DNA of 64,000 nt from the NCBI GenBank assembly GCA_018814355.1, contig JAHIZT010000037.1, positions 5,989 through 69,988 of the forward strand, read 5' to 3'. This document shows positions 46,459 through 57,678 of this stretch, piece after piece; position 1 is the stretch's first letter; each line of letters starts with the position of its first letter. A program made the translations under genes and the position numbers. A model generated the notes under the pieces. That model was not told the DNA's origin. It searched no databases and worked only from the letters and a program-made list of their open reading frames with translations. This DNA is from Thermoplasmatota archaeon. GTDB lineage: Archaea; Thermoplasmatota; Thermoplasmata; UBA10834.

Positions 46459-47717
46459 CGGGCCACCTCCGACGGATCTGCGATTCGGCCCTTGATCGCG
46501 CTAGCAGCGACGACAGCTGGGCTCGCAAGGTAGACCTCCGATTCCTTGTCTCCCATCCTTCCAACGAAGTTCCTGTTGGTGCTGCTCACGCACCTCTCGC
46601 CGGGCGCGAGGACTCCCATATAGCCTCCAAGGCACGCACCGCAGGTTGGTCCGGAGACGAACGCTCCAGCGTCCGAAAAGACCTTGACAAGCCCCTCCTT
46701 GATTGCGAGGTCGAACACCTCTTTCGTCGCCGGTACAACGATCATCCTGACTCCGTTGTGCACCTTCTTGCCCTTCATGATTCTCGCGGCGATCCTGAGA
46801 TCCTCGATTCGCCCATTGGTGCAAGATCCAAGATACGCCTGGTCTATCTGGACCGTGACTTCGCTCGCAGGCGCCACGTTGCTGGGTAGGTATGGTTTCG
46901 CCACTACAGGAACGATATCGGAACCGTCGTACTCTCTTACGGCCGAGTACATTGCGTCCTCGTCCGCAAGCACGCTTCTGTACTTGCCCTTCACGCGTCC
47001 TCTCAGATACTCGTCGACCTTCTTATCAGGAGGGACAATGCATGCCTTCGCCCCAGCCTCGATTCCCATGTTGGATATCGTGATCCTGTCCGAGACTGGA
47101 AGTGATGAGATGGAACCTCCCTGGACCTCCATAGACGCATAACGGGCGCCTTCGACTCCGATGTCGCCGATGATCGTGAGTATGATGTCCTTGCCGGAGA
47201 CGTGCTTTCCAAGCTTCCCGTCGATTGTGAACTTCATGGACTCTGGCGCCTTGAACCAGAGCACCCCCCTGGCGAAGACCGTGGCAGCCTCGGTGCTCCC
47301 GATTCCGGTCGCGAACGCACCAAGCGCCCCGTACGAGCAGGTGTGAGAATCCGCTCCTACGATCAGCCGTCCAGGCGCCACGAAGCCTTGTTCGATCATG
47401 AGCTGATGGCACACGCCTCCGCAGCCTACCTCGAAGTAGTTCTTGATGCGATGTTTCTTCGCGAAGTCCCGCATCTTCTTGGCCTGTTTGGCCGACGCGA
47501 TGTCCTTGTTGGGGACATAGTGGTCCGGTATCAGAACGACCTTTTTCCGGAGAATCGGCGCGCAGAGTCCTTCGAATTCATCGAACGCGGCCGGTCCAGT
47601 TATGTCATTGACCATTACATAGTCTACTTCGGCTTCGACAATCTCTCCAGAATGGACATCTTTCCCGGACTTCGCGGACAGCACCTTCTCGGCTATGGTC
47701 TTCCCCACTTGATTCAC
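46455..47717 (-). CDS. leuC: 3-isopropylmalate dehydratase large subunit
   Basis: Aconitase-family large subunit with the Fe-S ligand region (GSCTNGRIED), 420 aa. Confidence 0.9.
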   Translation of the reverse strand: MNQVGKTIAEKVLSAKSGKDVHSGEIVEAEVDYVMVNDITGPAAFDEFEGLCAPILRKKVVLIPDHYVPNKDIASAKQAKKMRDFAKKHRIKNYFEVGCGGVCHQLMIEQGFVAPGRLIVGADSHTCSYGALGAFATGIGSTEAATVFARGVLWFKAPESMKFTIDGKLGKHVSGKDIILTIIGDIGVEGARYASMEVQGGSISSLPVSDRITISNMGIEAGAKACIVPPDKKVDEYLRGRVKGKYRSVLADEDAMYSAVREYDGSDIVPVVAKPYLPSNVAPASEVTVQIDQAYLGSCTNGRIEDLRIAARIMKGKKVHNGVRMIVVPATKEVFDLAIKEGLVKVFSDAGAFVSGPTCGACLGGYMGVLAPGERCVSSTNRNFVGRMGDKESEVYLASPAVVAASAIKGRIADPSEVAR

Positions 47718-47738
47718 CCCGTCAAGTCCCGAGCGGGC

Positions 47739-49394
47739 TCAGTACGCCCGCTTCTTCTCCACGCCGTTGCTCACGCTGAGCTTCCGAACCCACAGTCTGT
47801 TCAGGCCTTCGATCATGGCATCCACGCTCGTAGTAACGATATCCGAACCGACGCTCTTCCCCAGCGATAGCAATTGTGCGTCCTCGCAGTCCCCAAGCTT
47901 CACTGTCACCTCGCAAAGGGCGTTCGATCCGCCCGTTATGGCTTCTAGCCTGTACTCATTGAGAACGATGTTCTTCGATACTGCCGCCTTGATGGCACAC
48001 ACGCTCGCGTCAATCGGGCCGACACCCGTTTCTGAAGCCCTGCGGGTCTCTCCATCTATGTTCAGCACGACAGTTGCAGTTGGCGTGAAGTTTAGTCCTG
48101 TGAAGACGGTGAACTCCTCGAGCTTGATGGCGGGCTCTGCCTCTTGACCCATGACGTCGTATGCGACCGCGAGCAGCTCCGCATCGTCCAGCTTCTTTCC
48201 GGATTCGGCCCATTTCTTCACCCTCGTCACGACCTCTTTCATCTGGTCCTTGTCAAGTTCGAGCCCGTACTCCCTGAGCTTGTTGTCGACTGAGTGAGCG
48301 CCAGAGTGCTTGCCGATGACGAACTTGCGCTCTTTGCCCACTATCTCCGGCCTCATCGGCTCATATGTCGAGCACTCGCTCATCACACCGTGAACGTGAA
48401 TGCCTGCTTCGTGCGAGAAGGCGTTCTCTCCAACGATGGCCTTGTTCGGTTGGACCGCTACACCTGTCAGTTGAGAGACCAGCCTCGAAACGAACGCCAT
48501 CTTCCTTGTATTGATGTTCGTCCTGACGTTGTAGAACGCCTGGAGTCCCATCACGACTTCCTCAAGGGCAGCATTGCCTGCGCGTTCCCCGAGACCGTTG
48601 ATTGTGCAGTGAACCTCCTCAGCTCCACCGAGGACTCCGGCAAGTGAGTTCGCGACTGACATGCCGAAGTCGTCGTGACAGTGGACAGCCAATGGGACTT
48701 TCACGCTCTTCTTGATCTCCGCGACGAACTGGGTCATGGCAGTCGGTGTCATGACTCCTACCGTGTCCGCGATGTCTATTCTATCAACGCCCACTTCCTG
48801 GATCGCCTTGTGAACCACGTCGAGGAACCCAAGCTCGGTCCTGGTGCCATCCTCGCAGCTGAACTCGGCGATCAATCCATGGTCCTTGGCGTACTGAACG
48901 GCCGCGACCGCTTTGTCCCTTGCTTCCTCTTGTGTGATCTTGAGCTTCTTCTCCAGGTGGGTTTTCGAGGTCGCCAGGAAAATGTGGACCGAATCGACAT
49001 CGCATGCGAGTGCGGCGTCTATGTCCCCTGGGCTGGCCCTGCAGAGTGCGCATATTTCGGCCTTCAGGCCAGCACCTGCGATCCTGCTCACTGCATCGGC
49101 CTCGCCCTCAGAATTGATAGGGAATCCCGCTTCAATGATGTCCACGCCGAGCTCGTCCAGCGCCTGCGCGATTTTCACCTTGTCCTCGCTGGATAGGGCC
49201 ACGTTTGGCGTCTGCTCCCCGTCTCTCAGAGTGGTGTCCAGGATCTTGACCCTCTCAGGCATCCTTGTGGCCGAGAAGATCTGTTTGTTGTATTCACTGA
49301 CGAACACTCCCGTATCGGGTATCCTGAGCGCGGGTTCCGCTGTCTGTTTAGCATTCTCACTCGGAGCTTGTGTTGGCATCAATACACTCTCCAA
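47739..49394 (-). CDS. leuA: 2-isopropylmalate synthase / (R)-citramalate synthase family; canonical start may be at 49262 ([17 protein letters not shown])
   Basis: [11 protein letters not shown], a HMGL-like TIM barrel, and a C-terminal LeuA dimerisation/regulatory domain. The longer ORF adds a 44-aa N-terminal extension preceded by GGAG. Confidence 0.85.
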   Translation of the reverse strand: MESVLMPTQAPSENAKQTAEPALRIPDTGVFVSEYNKQIFSATRMPERVKILDTTLRDGEQTPNVALSSEDKVKIAQALDELGVDIIEAGFPINSEGEADAVSRIAGAGLKAEICALCRASPGDIDAALACDVDSVHIFLATSKTHLEKKLKITQEEARDKAVAAVQYAKDHGLIAEFSCEDGTRTELGFLDVVHKAIQEVGVDRIDIADTVGVMTPTAMTQFVAEIKKSVKVPLAVHCHDDFGMSVANSLAGVLGGAEEVHCTINGLGERAGNAALEEVVMGLQAFYNVRTNINTRKMAFVSRLVSQLTGVAVQPNKAIVGENAFSHEAGIHVHGVMSECSTYEPMRPEIVGKERKFVIGKHSGAHSVDNKLREYGLELDKDQMKEVVTRVKKWAESGKKLDDAELLAVAYDVMGQEAEPAIKLEEFTVFTGLNFTPTATVVLNIDGETRRASETGVGPIDASVCAIKAAVSKNIVLNEYRLEAITGGSNALCEVTVKLGDCEDAQLLSLGKSVGSDIVTTSVDAMIEGLNRLWVRKLSVSNGVEKKRAY

Positions 49395-49666
49395 AAATCC
49401 TTCACTGCAGCCCTCAGGCTAGAATACGCAGCCCCAAGGGCAGAATAGGCAGACCGTTGCTCATGTGCGTCATTCCTCGCCTCTGTTCGCAGTGGAGTCA
49501 TACCTTGATAAGGCGTGACAAGTCTCCTCATGGCCTGGACCGATATAAATCTTTGCTGAGCCATTGTTATTGGTCCGGTAGGATTTCATCTGGACACATC
49601 TGTACAATATGGACTCCCTGAACATGCTCTTGGAAGGTTAGAAATACGTCAATCAAGGTACTGCGC

Positions 49667-50506
49667 GTGATACTCTTGAGCAAGGAGCCGCTTGTGGCAT
49701 TCCAAGGTGAGAAGGGGGCGTACTCCGAAGACGCTTGCTTCAAGTACTTCGGGTCTAGCGTTAAGACGAGACCCTTCCTCGATTTCCTGTCTGTGTTCGA
49801 GGCGGCGGAGCAGGACAAGGCAACGCATGCAGTGGTCCCTGTCGAGAATTCCATCGAAGGGAGCGTGGCTCAAGTGAACGATCTTCTCCTCGACCATGAC
49901 CTCGCCATCTCGGGCGAGATCATCGTGCCTGTGAAGCATTACCTCATGGCCTACGATGACGCGACTATTGATTCGATAAAGGAGGTCCTGAGCCATCCGC
50001 AAGCTCTAGGGCAGTGCCGCAAGTTCTTGGCCAATCATGAGGACTGGAAGGTCATTCCATCTTACGACACGGCCGGCAGCGCGCGGATGGTCGCGGAGCG
50101 GAAGCGGAAGGATGTCGCAGCCATCGCCAGCAAGCGTGCAGCTACCGTATACGGTCTGAAGATACTCAAGGAGGACATCCAGAGCGAGGTCGTCAACTAC
50201 ACGCGATTCTTCGTCCTCGAGAAGAACCCAGGCCCTATCCAAGGAGTCAACAAGACCTCGATCGTGTTCGCCACCAAGAACGCTCCGGGGGCGTTGCACA
50301 AGTGCCTGGACGAGTTCGCGTCGAGGAACGTCAATCTGAGCAAGCTCGAGTCGAGACCAAGAAAGAACAAACCTTGGGTTTACGTCTTCTACACGGATTT
50401 CGATGGTAGCATGGACGATCCCAACTGCCACGCCGCCATAGGGGGCTTGCTGAAGACAGGGGCTTTTGTCAAGATACTCGGGTCCTACAAGAAGGCAGAG
50501 ATCTGA
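49667..50506 (+). CDS. pheA: Prephenate dehydratase with C-terminal ACT domain
   Basis: PDT domain (VAFQGEKGAYSE...TRF) and a C-terminal ACT domain, at 279 aa. Confidence 0.85.
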   Translation: MILLSKEPLVAFQGEKGAYSEDACFKYFGSSVKTRPFLDFLSVFEAAEQDKATHAVVPVENSIEGSVAQVNDLLLDHDLAISGEIIVPVKHYLMAYDDATIDSIKEVLSHPQALGQCRKFLANHEDWKVIPSYDTAGSARMVAERKRKDVAAIASKRAATVYGLKILKEDIQSEVVNYTRFFVLEKNPGPIQGVNKTSIVFATKNAPGALHKCLDEFASRNVNLSKLESRPRKNKPWVYVFYTDFDGSMDDPNCHAAIGGLLKTGAFVKILGSYKKAEI

Positions 50507-50679
50507 GGACCTATTCGTCCGTCCAGGCACTGACCATTGAATTCATGGCCACCACTGCCCTGGGGCTGTAGATTATGATCTTCCATAGACCGTCAGGAAG
50601 GACACTTGTCGTGGAACCATAGAGAACGAACAGCTTCGAAGAAGTCCGGAGGTCTACTGGATGAGAGTGATTCAAGCCA

Positions 50680-52032
50680 TCATGCAGGAATCCCGGCTAT
50701 TCTGGACTCCTTCTTGAGCTCATCTACGGCGCCGGTGCCACTAAGGACCTTTCTGTCTCGCTCTAGGAGTGCCAGATCCCTCTCCTCGAACGCCTTCGGG
50801 TTGACTGCCAAGAGCAGGCGCCCTTTCGTGACCCAAGCAGTCTCGTTGAGGGAGTCTAGCGATCTCAGCACCTTCCTGAAGTCGTTGTACGTGACAATGT
50901 ATTCGATCCCCTCGACAACGACTATGCTGTTCGGATTGGATTCCATGAAGCGGATGATTGTATCTGTGAGGACTGCGAGGCTGGTCGGTGCGATCCTTCT
51001 CTCTCCCGGAGATTCGGTCAGCCAGATTATAGGAGTCACCTGGAGGTTGTGCCTCTTTCTGATGCCTTCCGGGAACTCCCTAGTAACGACTAGTCCGCTA
51101 GGAATGAGGAACTGCAGGGTCGCGGCCGCGGACTCCTCTCTTCCAGGGATCTCAGCATCAGGCCTAAGGGGCATTGTGACGAGCTCCGAGAAGAGGCTCA
51201 AAGCAGCGTCTGCCTTCTCATCATAAACCAGGTACACTCCCCTGGGGATGTCGTACGATCTGAATCCACCCATCTTGGCGGTTTCCACTTCTGGATCGAC
51301 GACGATCGCCATGAGCTGAGATGTGAATGTGGCCCTCATCAGGGTTGCGAAGAGTAACACGAGGATCCAGTTGTGCGGGTTGAGATTTTCCCAGCTTCTT
51401 CCTACTCCTAGGACGAGGTCGAATACGAACTCAACAGCCGGAGTTCCAAGCCATGCGACTGTGAACAAGGCCAGGCTGATCCTTGTCTCCCTGGTGATTC
51501 CAGATACACTCCCCCTTGTCATCCATTTCGCCGAAAGGAGGAGGTTGCTTGCGATCATTGCGAGAATGTAGATCGACACCAGAACCATCAGCCAAAGCTG
51601 ACTCTCCAGTATGGTTTCTGGGCTCAGGTCCGATGCCCATGTCATCGCCACAAGCACAATGCCGAGTATCCCCCATGCGCTAATCAGATTAAGGGGGTTC
51701 TTCTTGAACCACGGCACGAACATATCAACGTCGTTGTACCTTCCGTGCGTAGTCCACAGGAGGACCACGCAGACGGACAGCCATGACGAGAAAATGACAA
51801 AAGTCATACCCATCTTGATGTGCAGGTCGTCGAACGAGTTGCCCATTGTATCCGTGATGAGTTCCACGGACCACAGGCCTGCGAGCGAGACCACGAATAG
51901 TAATACGATCCAGCTTCTGACCACCTCAAAGAAGTGCTCCATCCTGCTGATTCGGTAGAAGACGTGAAGAACGATGGCGAGACCTAACAGCGCTGGCAGA
52001 GCTTCGAATGCTATCTCGGTCCAGTCAATCAT
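50680..52032 (-). CDS. Membrane protein: N-terminal about 7-TM domain plus C-terminal DUF835-like cytoplasmic domain
   Basis: Seven N-terminal hydrophobic helices and a soluble C-terminal half resembling DUF835, at 450 aa. Confidence 0.55.
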   Translation of the reverse strand: MIDWTEIAFEALPALLGLAIVLHVFYRISRMEHFFEVVRSWIVLLFVVSLAGLWSVELITDTMGNSFDDLHIKMGMTFVIFSSWLSVCVVLLWTTHGRYNDVDMFVPWFKKNPLNLISAWGILGIVLVAMTWASDLSPETILESQLWLMVLVSIYILAMIASNLLLSAKWMTRGSVSGITRETRISLALFTVAWLGTPAVEFVFDLVLGVGRSWENLNPHNWILVLLFATLMRATFTSQLMAIVVDPEVETAKMGGFRSYDIPRGVYLVYDEKADAALSLFSELVTMPLRPDAEIPGREESAAATLQFLIPSGLVVTREFPEGIRKRHNLQVTPIIWLTESPGERRIAPTSLAVLTDTIIRFMESNPNSIVVVEGIEYIVTYNDFRKVLRSLDSLNETAWVTKGRLLLAVNPKAFEERDLALLERDRKVLSGTGAVDELKKESRIAGIPA

Positions 52033-52143
52033 TTGTGGCCTCCGCGAATGTGCTCTCTTGCCATATCAGGTCAAGTGCCTCGAAGGTCAATAATCTTTGC
52101 GCGATCCAAAAGCGCTGATCAAGGGGGAGTCAGTACTCTCCAA

Positions 52144-53823
52144 TCATTCCAGTAGGGCGCCTAGGCTCGCTGAGGATACTCCGTCTCTGTAGCGTTTCAG
52201 ATAGCCAGACATATTCGTCTTGGGAGGTTTCTTGTCCTTCAGCCTGGATCTCATCTCCTTCTGGGAAATCAAGACTTCTATCTCTCGAGTATCGAGGCTT
52301 ATTCTGATGATGTCTTTGTCCATGACCGACGCGAGAGCTCCTCCCACGAATGCCTCCGGGGAAACGTGTCCAACAGAGAGTCCTCTGCTTCCGCCTGAGA
52401 ACCTTCCATCAGTGACAAGGGCGACAGACTCACCCAGACCCATTCCCGCAAGGATGGCGGTCAGGCTCAGCATCTCAGGCATGCCAGGAGCACCTTTTGG
52501 ACCTTGGTACCTGACGATGACTGCATCGCCGGGCTTGATTCTGCCTGCGAGCATCGCATCCGTTGCGGCTTTCTCGGTGTCGAACACCTTGGCTGAACCT
52601 TCGAATCTCCTCATGGCTGGCACGACTGCCGACTGCTTGACGACGCACCCCTCCTCGGCCAGGTTGCCCCAGAGTATCGCGATTCCGCCCTCCTCGTGGT
52701 ACGCCTTGTCCAGTTCTCGAACCACATCGTGATCCTTGACTATGGCATTCTTGGCGATTGCCAAGATGCTGTCGCCTCGAACGGTTCCCTCGTCTCTCAG
52801 CTTGGGAGCGAGCCTCGAAAGCACTGCCGGGATTCCCCCTGCTCTGTCCAGGTCTATCATGAAGTGGTCACCACCGGGTTTCAGCGCGACGATGTGCTTG
52901 GTCTCCCTGGATATCTGGTCGAAGAGATTCAGCTCTAGCGTTATCCCGAACTCCTTCGCGATCGCTATCATGTGGAGGCAGGTATTCGTAGACCCACCGA
53001 TGGCGTTGTCGACTCTGAGAGCATTCTCAAAACTCCCCCTGGTTACGAAGTCCCTTGGTTTGACATTCTTCATGGCCAGTTCGACCGCCAGCGCGCCAGT
53101 CTCGCGAGCAATCTCCAGTTTCTCGTCTGAGATGGCGTGAGAAGTCGCGCAACCGGGCAGGCTCAGTCCTAGCGCTTCGGTTAGGCAAGCCATTGTATTG
53201 GCAGTGAACAGGCCGGAGCACGATCCCGGCCCGGGGCATGCCCGCTTTTCGATCTCGACGAAATCTTCCTGTGTGATCTTCCCGGCCGCGAGTTCACCCA
53301 CTGCTTCAAAGATTGAGATGACGTCCAGTTTCCTGTTCTTGTACAGTCCAGGCATCATTGGGCCGCCGGTCAAGATGACAGAAGGCACGTTGATTCTCCC
53401 GCAAGCCATCAACATTCCAGGAGTGATCTTGTCGCAGTTCGTGACTCCAACCCAGCCGTCTGCGACATGTGCCTCCACCATCGCTTCGACGCTGTCGGCT
53501 ATGATCTCTCTGGATGGCAACGAGTAGCGCATCCCGTCCAATCCCATGGCTATGCCATCGCATATTCCCGGGACTCCGAACTCGTATGCGACACCGCCCG
53601 CCTCCTCAATCCCCTTCTTAACCTCGGTCACGAGCTTATTCAGGTGCATGTGTCCAGGAATGATCGTGTTGAACGAGTTGGCGATGGCTACTAGTGGCTT
53701 TTCCATGTCATTGTCCTTCATGCCGAGCGCTCGCAGCAGTCCTCTCGCCGGGGCTCTGGACATTCCTTTCTTGAGCGCGTCGCTCCTGAGCGGTGCATTG
53801 GGCTGATGTCTCGCCATGTTCAC
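52144..53823 (-). CDS. ilvD: Dihydroxy-acid dehydratase
   Basis: The IlvD/EDD family is collinear, with Fe-S Cys ligands (CDKITPG, CPGPGSC), at 559 aa. Confidence 0.9.
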   Translation of the reverse strand: MNMARHQPNAPLRSDALKKGMSRAPARGLLRALGMKDNDMEKPLVAIANSFNTIIPGHMHLNKLVTEVKKGIEEAGGVAYEFGVPGICDGIAMGLDGMRYSLPSREIIADSVEAMVEAHVADGWVGVTNCDKITPGMLMACGRINVPSVILTGGPMMPGLYKNRKLDVISIFEAVGELAAGKITQEDFVEIEKRACPGPGSCSGLFTANTMACLTEALGLSLPGCATSHAISDEKLEIARETGALAVELAMKNVKPRDFVTRGSFENALRVDNAIGGSTNTCLHMIAIAKEFGITLELNLFDQISRETKHIVALKPGGDHFMIDLDRAGGIPAVLSRLAPKLRDEGTVRGDSILAIAKNAIVKDHDVVRELDKAYHEEGGIAILWGNLAEEGCVVKQSAVVPAMRRFEGSAKVFDTEKAATDAMLAGRIKPGDAVIVRYQGPKGAPGMPEMLSLTAILAGMGLGESVALVTDGRFSGGSRGLSVGHVSPEAFVGGALASVMDKDIIRISLDTREIEVLISQKEMRSRLKDKKPPKTNMSGYLKRYRDGVSSASLGALLE

Positions 53824-55223
53824 TCACCCAATCTGAAGTCACTGTGAAGAGCCTCTACGGCCTTCTTCGCGTCGACCTTCTTGATGATGAACGATATGTT
53901 CAATTCTGAGGAACCCTGAGCGATGGCCCTTATGTTAACCTCGTTTTCCGCCATCGTGCCAAAGACCCTCGCTGCTACTCCAGGGGTGCCTCTCATACCA
54001 GCCCCGACCACAGCGACGATGCTGAGCCCGTCCTCGATTGAGACCTCTCTTACCTGCTTCGAGCCCAGCAGCGAGAGCTCGAGCGCATTCTGCGCCTTCG
54101 ATCCGCTGACTTTAGGTATCGCAAGGGTTATGCTCTCCTCTGAGGAACTCTGAGAAATCATGAGCACATCGATGTCTTCATCTGTGAGTATCTGAAGGAC
54201 CTTCGCCGCGAGCCTCGGCGTCCCGACCATGCTCGCTCCGCTGACTGTTATCAGACTGACATCATTGATGTTCGTGATTGCTTTTACAACGTCGCCGGTC
54301 TTCACCTTGACCGCGCTCTCGATTGCAGTGCCCTTCGCATCAGGGTCGTTTAGGCTCTTGATTCTGAATGGTATCTGATACCTGGCTGCGCACTCGAGCG
54401 CCTTGGGGTGGATCACTTCAGCGCCGAAGTGCGCCAGCTCCATCGCCTCAGCGAACGATATCGTTTGAATCATTTTTGCATTCTTGACGATCTTCGGGTT
54501 GGCAGTCATAAGGCCGTCAACGTCCTTCCAGACCCATACTTCATCGGCTTCTATCCCGGAACCGATGATGGATGCTGTGTAGTCGGACCCACCTCGTCCA
54601 AGGGTCGTCTGGACGCCGTCCTGGGTCGACGCAATATAGCCGCCGATGACAGGGACAGTGCGCTCTTCGAGCAACGGATCGAGGTTCTGTCTTATCTGGT
54701 GAATGGACACATTCATCAGAGGATTGGCGTCCCCGAAATGGTCATCAGTGACTATCCCTGCCTCCCCTCCGGTGAGTGCCTTCGATTTGATGCCGAGATC
54801 TTCGAGCACGCCCTGCAGGATGGGCGCAGAGAGTTTCTCACCATATCCAGCCACGTAATCCTTCGACCTGGGCGTCAGTTCACCGATGTGCGCAATGCCA
54901 TTGAGGATGTTCCTTAGCTCGTCCAGCCGCGAGTTAACGACATCCATCGTCCGGCCCAGGATGTGCTCGTCCATGATTGCCCCTTCCGCCGCCTTTCTGT
55001 GCTTCGAGGCAGTTGTCTCCATGAACTCATGGACGGCCTTCTTGTCCCCCTTGCTTGAGCGCTTCGCAATGTCGGCCAGGGAATCCGTTACCCCGTACAT
55101 GGCGGAAGTGATGACCACCAGCTGCTGGTCCTTCTTGTGGAAGTTGCGAACTATCGTTCCCACTTTCCTCAGCTTGTCGCCGTCCGCGACACCAGCACCG
55201 CCGAACTTCATGACGAGTTTCAT
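53820..55223 (-). CDS. lysC: Aspartate kinase with C-terminal ACT domains
   Basis: Amino-acid kinase fold ([14 protein letters not shown]...) plus tandem ACT domains, at 467 aa. It overlaps the ilvD start by 4 nt. Confidence 0.9.
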   Translation of the reverse strand: MKLVMKFGGAGVADGDKLRKVGTIVRNFHKKDQQLVVITSAMYGVTDSLADIAKRSSKGDKKAVHEFMETTASKHRKAAEGAIMDEHILGRTMDVVNSRLDELRNILNGIAHIGELTPRSKDYVAGYGEKLSAPILQGVLEDLGIKSKALTGGEAGIVTDDHFGDANPLMNVSIHQIRQNLDPLLEERTVPVIGGYIASTQDGVQTTLGRGGSDYTASIIGSGIEADEVWVWKDVDGLMTANPKIVKNAKMIQTISFAEAMELAHFGAEVIHPKALECAARYQIPFRIKSLNDPDAKGTAIESAVKVKTGDVVKAITNINDVSLITVSGASMVGTPRLAAKVLQILTDEDIDVLMISQSSSEESITLAIPKVSGSKAQNALELSLLGSKQVREVSIEDGLSIVAVVGAGMRGTPGVAARVFGTMAENEVNIRAIAQGSSELNISFIIKKVDAKKAVEALHSDFRLGE

Positions 55224-55261
55224 GATTGGACTCCTCTAGAATCGATACCCGACAAAAATAC

Positions 55262-56278
55262 CTATCGGGCGAAGGTCCTCCTGATCTCTATCAGGTCCCT
55301 GAGGACCGAGCTAGCAGTCTCCTTGCCTCCAGCTCCTTTTCCAACGAGGGTTATCTCGCCAGCGGGATAAGTGTCGAATGATACCGCGTTGAATGTGCCG
55401 CTCACATTGAGAGGGTGAGTTGCGGGGATTTCCTCTGGCGAGACCCGCGCTCCCTTCTCAACCTTGCCGATGAGCTTGACCACGCTACCATTGGACTTCG
55501 CCATGTTGATGTCTTTGTTCGAGACCTTAGTTATTCCCTCTATCTCCACATCTTTGATTGACAAGCTTGTCCCGAGTACGTAGTTGGATGTGATTACCAG
55601 TTTGCAGGCGGTATCGAACCCGCCGATATCATAGGTCGGGTCTGCTTCAGCATATCCGAGCCTTTGTGCCTCGGCGAGCGCATCCTTCATGGCGACGCCG
55701 TCAGCAGACATCCTGCTGAGGATGTAATTCGATGTGCCGTTCAGGATCCCGCTTATGGACTTGATCTTGCTACCCTCGAGGCATTTCTTCGCGAAATCCA
55801 GGACTGGAGTGCCGCCGCCTACAGTGCCGCTGAACTTGAATATGACCTGGTTGTGATGAGCCAGCTCGATCAAAGCAGGCATGGCGATGGCCAGCGGACC
55901 CTTGTTTACGCATATTACGTTCCTCCCCTCCTTCATGGCGGCCTTCACGTGGCTCAATCCAGGCTCTCCCTTCTTGAGCTCAGTTGGAGTGCTCTCGATC
56001 ACGACCTCGCACTCCAGCTCGTTGATGACATCCAGGCCGGATTTCCCTTCCTGATAAACCTCCGCTCCGAGACCTTCAAGCGTCTTGGACACCCTCTTTG
56101 ACGACAACGCCTTGCCGATGTCTATACCCTCAGGCGAGATGGCAGCTCCTAGGTGGTCAACCACTCCAACTATCTTCGGCCTCAGGCCGTAGTCGCGTTC
56201 GAGCTTTCTCGCTTCCTGATCCACGAGGTCTACGAAACTCTGGCCGACTGCGCCAAAACCTACCAAGAGAACTCTCAT
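55262..56278 (-). CDS. hom: Homoserine dehydrogenase
   Basis: N-terminal NAD-binding MRVLLVGFGAVGQ and a homoserine-DH catalytic domain, at 338 aa. Confidence 0.85.
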   Translation of the reverse strand: MRVLLVGFGAVGQSFVDLVDQEARKLERDYGLRPKIVGVVDHLGAAISPEGIDIGKALSSKRVSKTLEGLGAEVYQEGKSGLDVINELECEVVIESTPTELKKGEPGLSHVKAAMKEGRNVICVNKGPLAIAMPALIELAHHNQVIFKFSGTVGGGTPVLDFAKKCLEGSKIKSISGILNGTSNYILSRMSADGVAMKDALAEAQRLGYAEADPTYDIGGFDTACKLVITSNYVLGTSLSIKDVEIEGITKVSNKDINMAKSNGSVVKLIGKVEKGARVSPEEIPATHPLNVSGTFNAVSFDTYPAGEITLVGKGAGGKETASSVLRDLIEIRRTFAR

Positions 56279-56279
56279 T

Positions 56280-57521
56280 TCAGCTCGCCTCCAGGAGCTT
56301 CTGAAGAGCCTCTATCGTCGCATCGATAACCATCGGCTTGACGCTCTGAGATATCGCCACATCTGGATCCTTGAGCCCGTGACCAGTGGAGACGCAGACT
56401 ACAATCGATGATTTGTCAAGCATGCCAAGTTCGACGTCCTTGACAAGACCCGCAACCGCTGCCGCTCCTGCAGGTTCTGCGAATACTCCTGCAAGCGTGG
56501 CCATGGACTTCTGGGCATTGAGTATCTCTTGATCGGACACGGTCGTGACCGAACCACCGGATTCCTTGATAGCCCTGACGGTCTTCTTCCAGTTGGCTGG
56601 TTTTCCGATCCTTATGGCAGTGGCAACGGTCTCGGGTTTCCTGACGGGCGTGAGCTCGCTGCTTCCCGACCTGAACATGTTCGCGATGGGCGCTGCTCCT
56701 TCCGCCTGGATCCCTCTGATGACTGGGTGACCAGGAACGAACCCCATGGACTCGTACTCTTCGAACCCTTTCCAATAGGCAGCAGAGTTGCCCCCGTTTC
56801 CTACCGGAATGTAGAGGTATTCGGGGTTGAGGCCGCCGAGCTGATCACAGATCTCGTACGCAGCGGTCTTCTGCCCTTCGATCCTGAACGGGTTGACCGA
56901 GTTCAGGACGTACATGCCGAGTCTATCAGACGACTCCATGACTATGTCCAATGCTTGATCGAAATTGCCTCTTACGGTGACCACAGTAGCTCCATGCATC
57001 ATTGCTTGAGCGAGTTTTCCCAAGGCTACCTTCCCCTCGGGGATGAGCACGACGCATTTGAGGCCAGCAAGCCCAGCATACGCTGCAAGTGATGCCGACG
57101 TGTTACCCGTGGAGGCGCATGTGACGGTCTTCATCTTGAGTTCGACAGCCTTGGTTATCCCGACCGTCATGCCCCGGTCTTTGAAAGATCCTGTAGGGTT
57201 TGTCCCGTCGAACTTGATTCTGAGGCTCTTGATCCCAATCTCCTGCGCGAGCCTCCGACACTCGATCATCTGCGTGCCACCCTCATCGAGAGAAAACACC
57301 TGTGCCTTCGGTCCTACCGGGATGAATTCTCGGTACTTCCACACCGAGATCGGCCTCTTCTTGAAATCCCCGATCGAGGCCCTCTTGAGCGCGGCTTCCG
57401 TGTCCATCCTGATCTCAAGGAGGTTGCCGCAGGAAGAACATGCATAGGCCGGCCTAGCAATGTCATGTGCTTTGCCGCACTCGATGCACTTCAACTCGAA
57501 CGAGACCATGGGGTGCCCCAC
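56280..57521 (-). CDS. thrC: Threonine synthase (archaeal type with N-terminal Zn-ribbon)
   Basis: PLP-lysine region (NPTGSFKDRG), an N-terminal CIECG...CSSCG ribbon, and 413 aa. Confidence 0.9.
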   Translation of the reverse strand: MGHPMVSFELKCIECGKAHDIARPAYACSSCGNLLEIRMDTEAALKRASIGDFKKRPISVWKYREFIPVGPKAQVFSLDEGGTQMIECRRLAQEIGIKSLRIKFDGTNPTGSFKDRGMTVGITKAVELKMKTVTCASTGNTSASLAAYAGLAGLKCVVLIPEGKVALGKLAQAMMHGATVVTVRGNFDQALDIVMESSDRLGMYVLNSVNPFRIEGQKTAAYEICDQLGGLNPEYLYIPVGNGGNSAAYWKGFEEYESMGFVPGHPVIRGIQAEGAAPIANMFRSGSSELTPVRKPETVATAIRIGKPANWKKTVRAIKESGGSVTTVSDQEILNAQKSMATLAGVFAEPAGAAAVAGLVKDVELGMLDKSSIVVCVSTGHGLKDPDVAISQSVKPMVIDATIEALQKLLEAS

Positions 57522-57678
57522 CGGATGAGTCCTCTATGGTAAGTGGAAATATAATCTCTTCGCAGGTCTGGATATTGCCTTTGCGGACTGCTGGCCGGAT
57601 GCGTGGTGCACAATTCTGTCCATGAGCCGGAGGACGCGCGCATCTTAATATCCGAGCACGACATGCACATGTGGCCAG

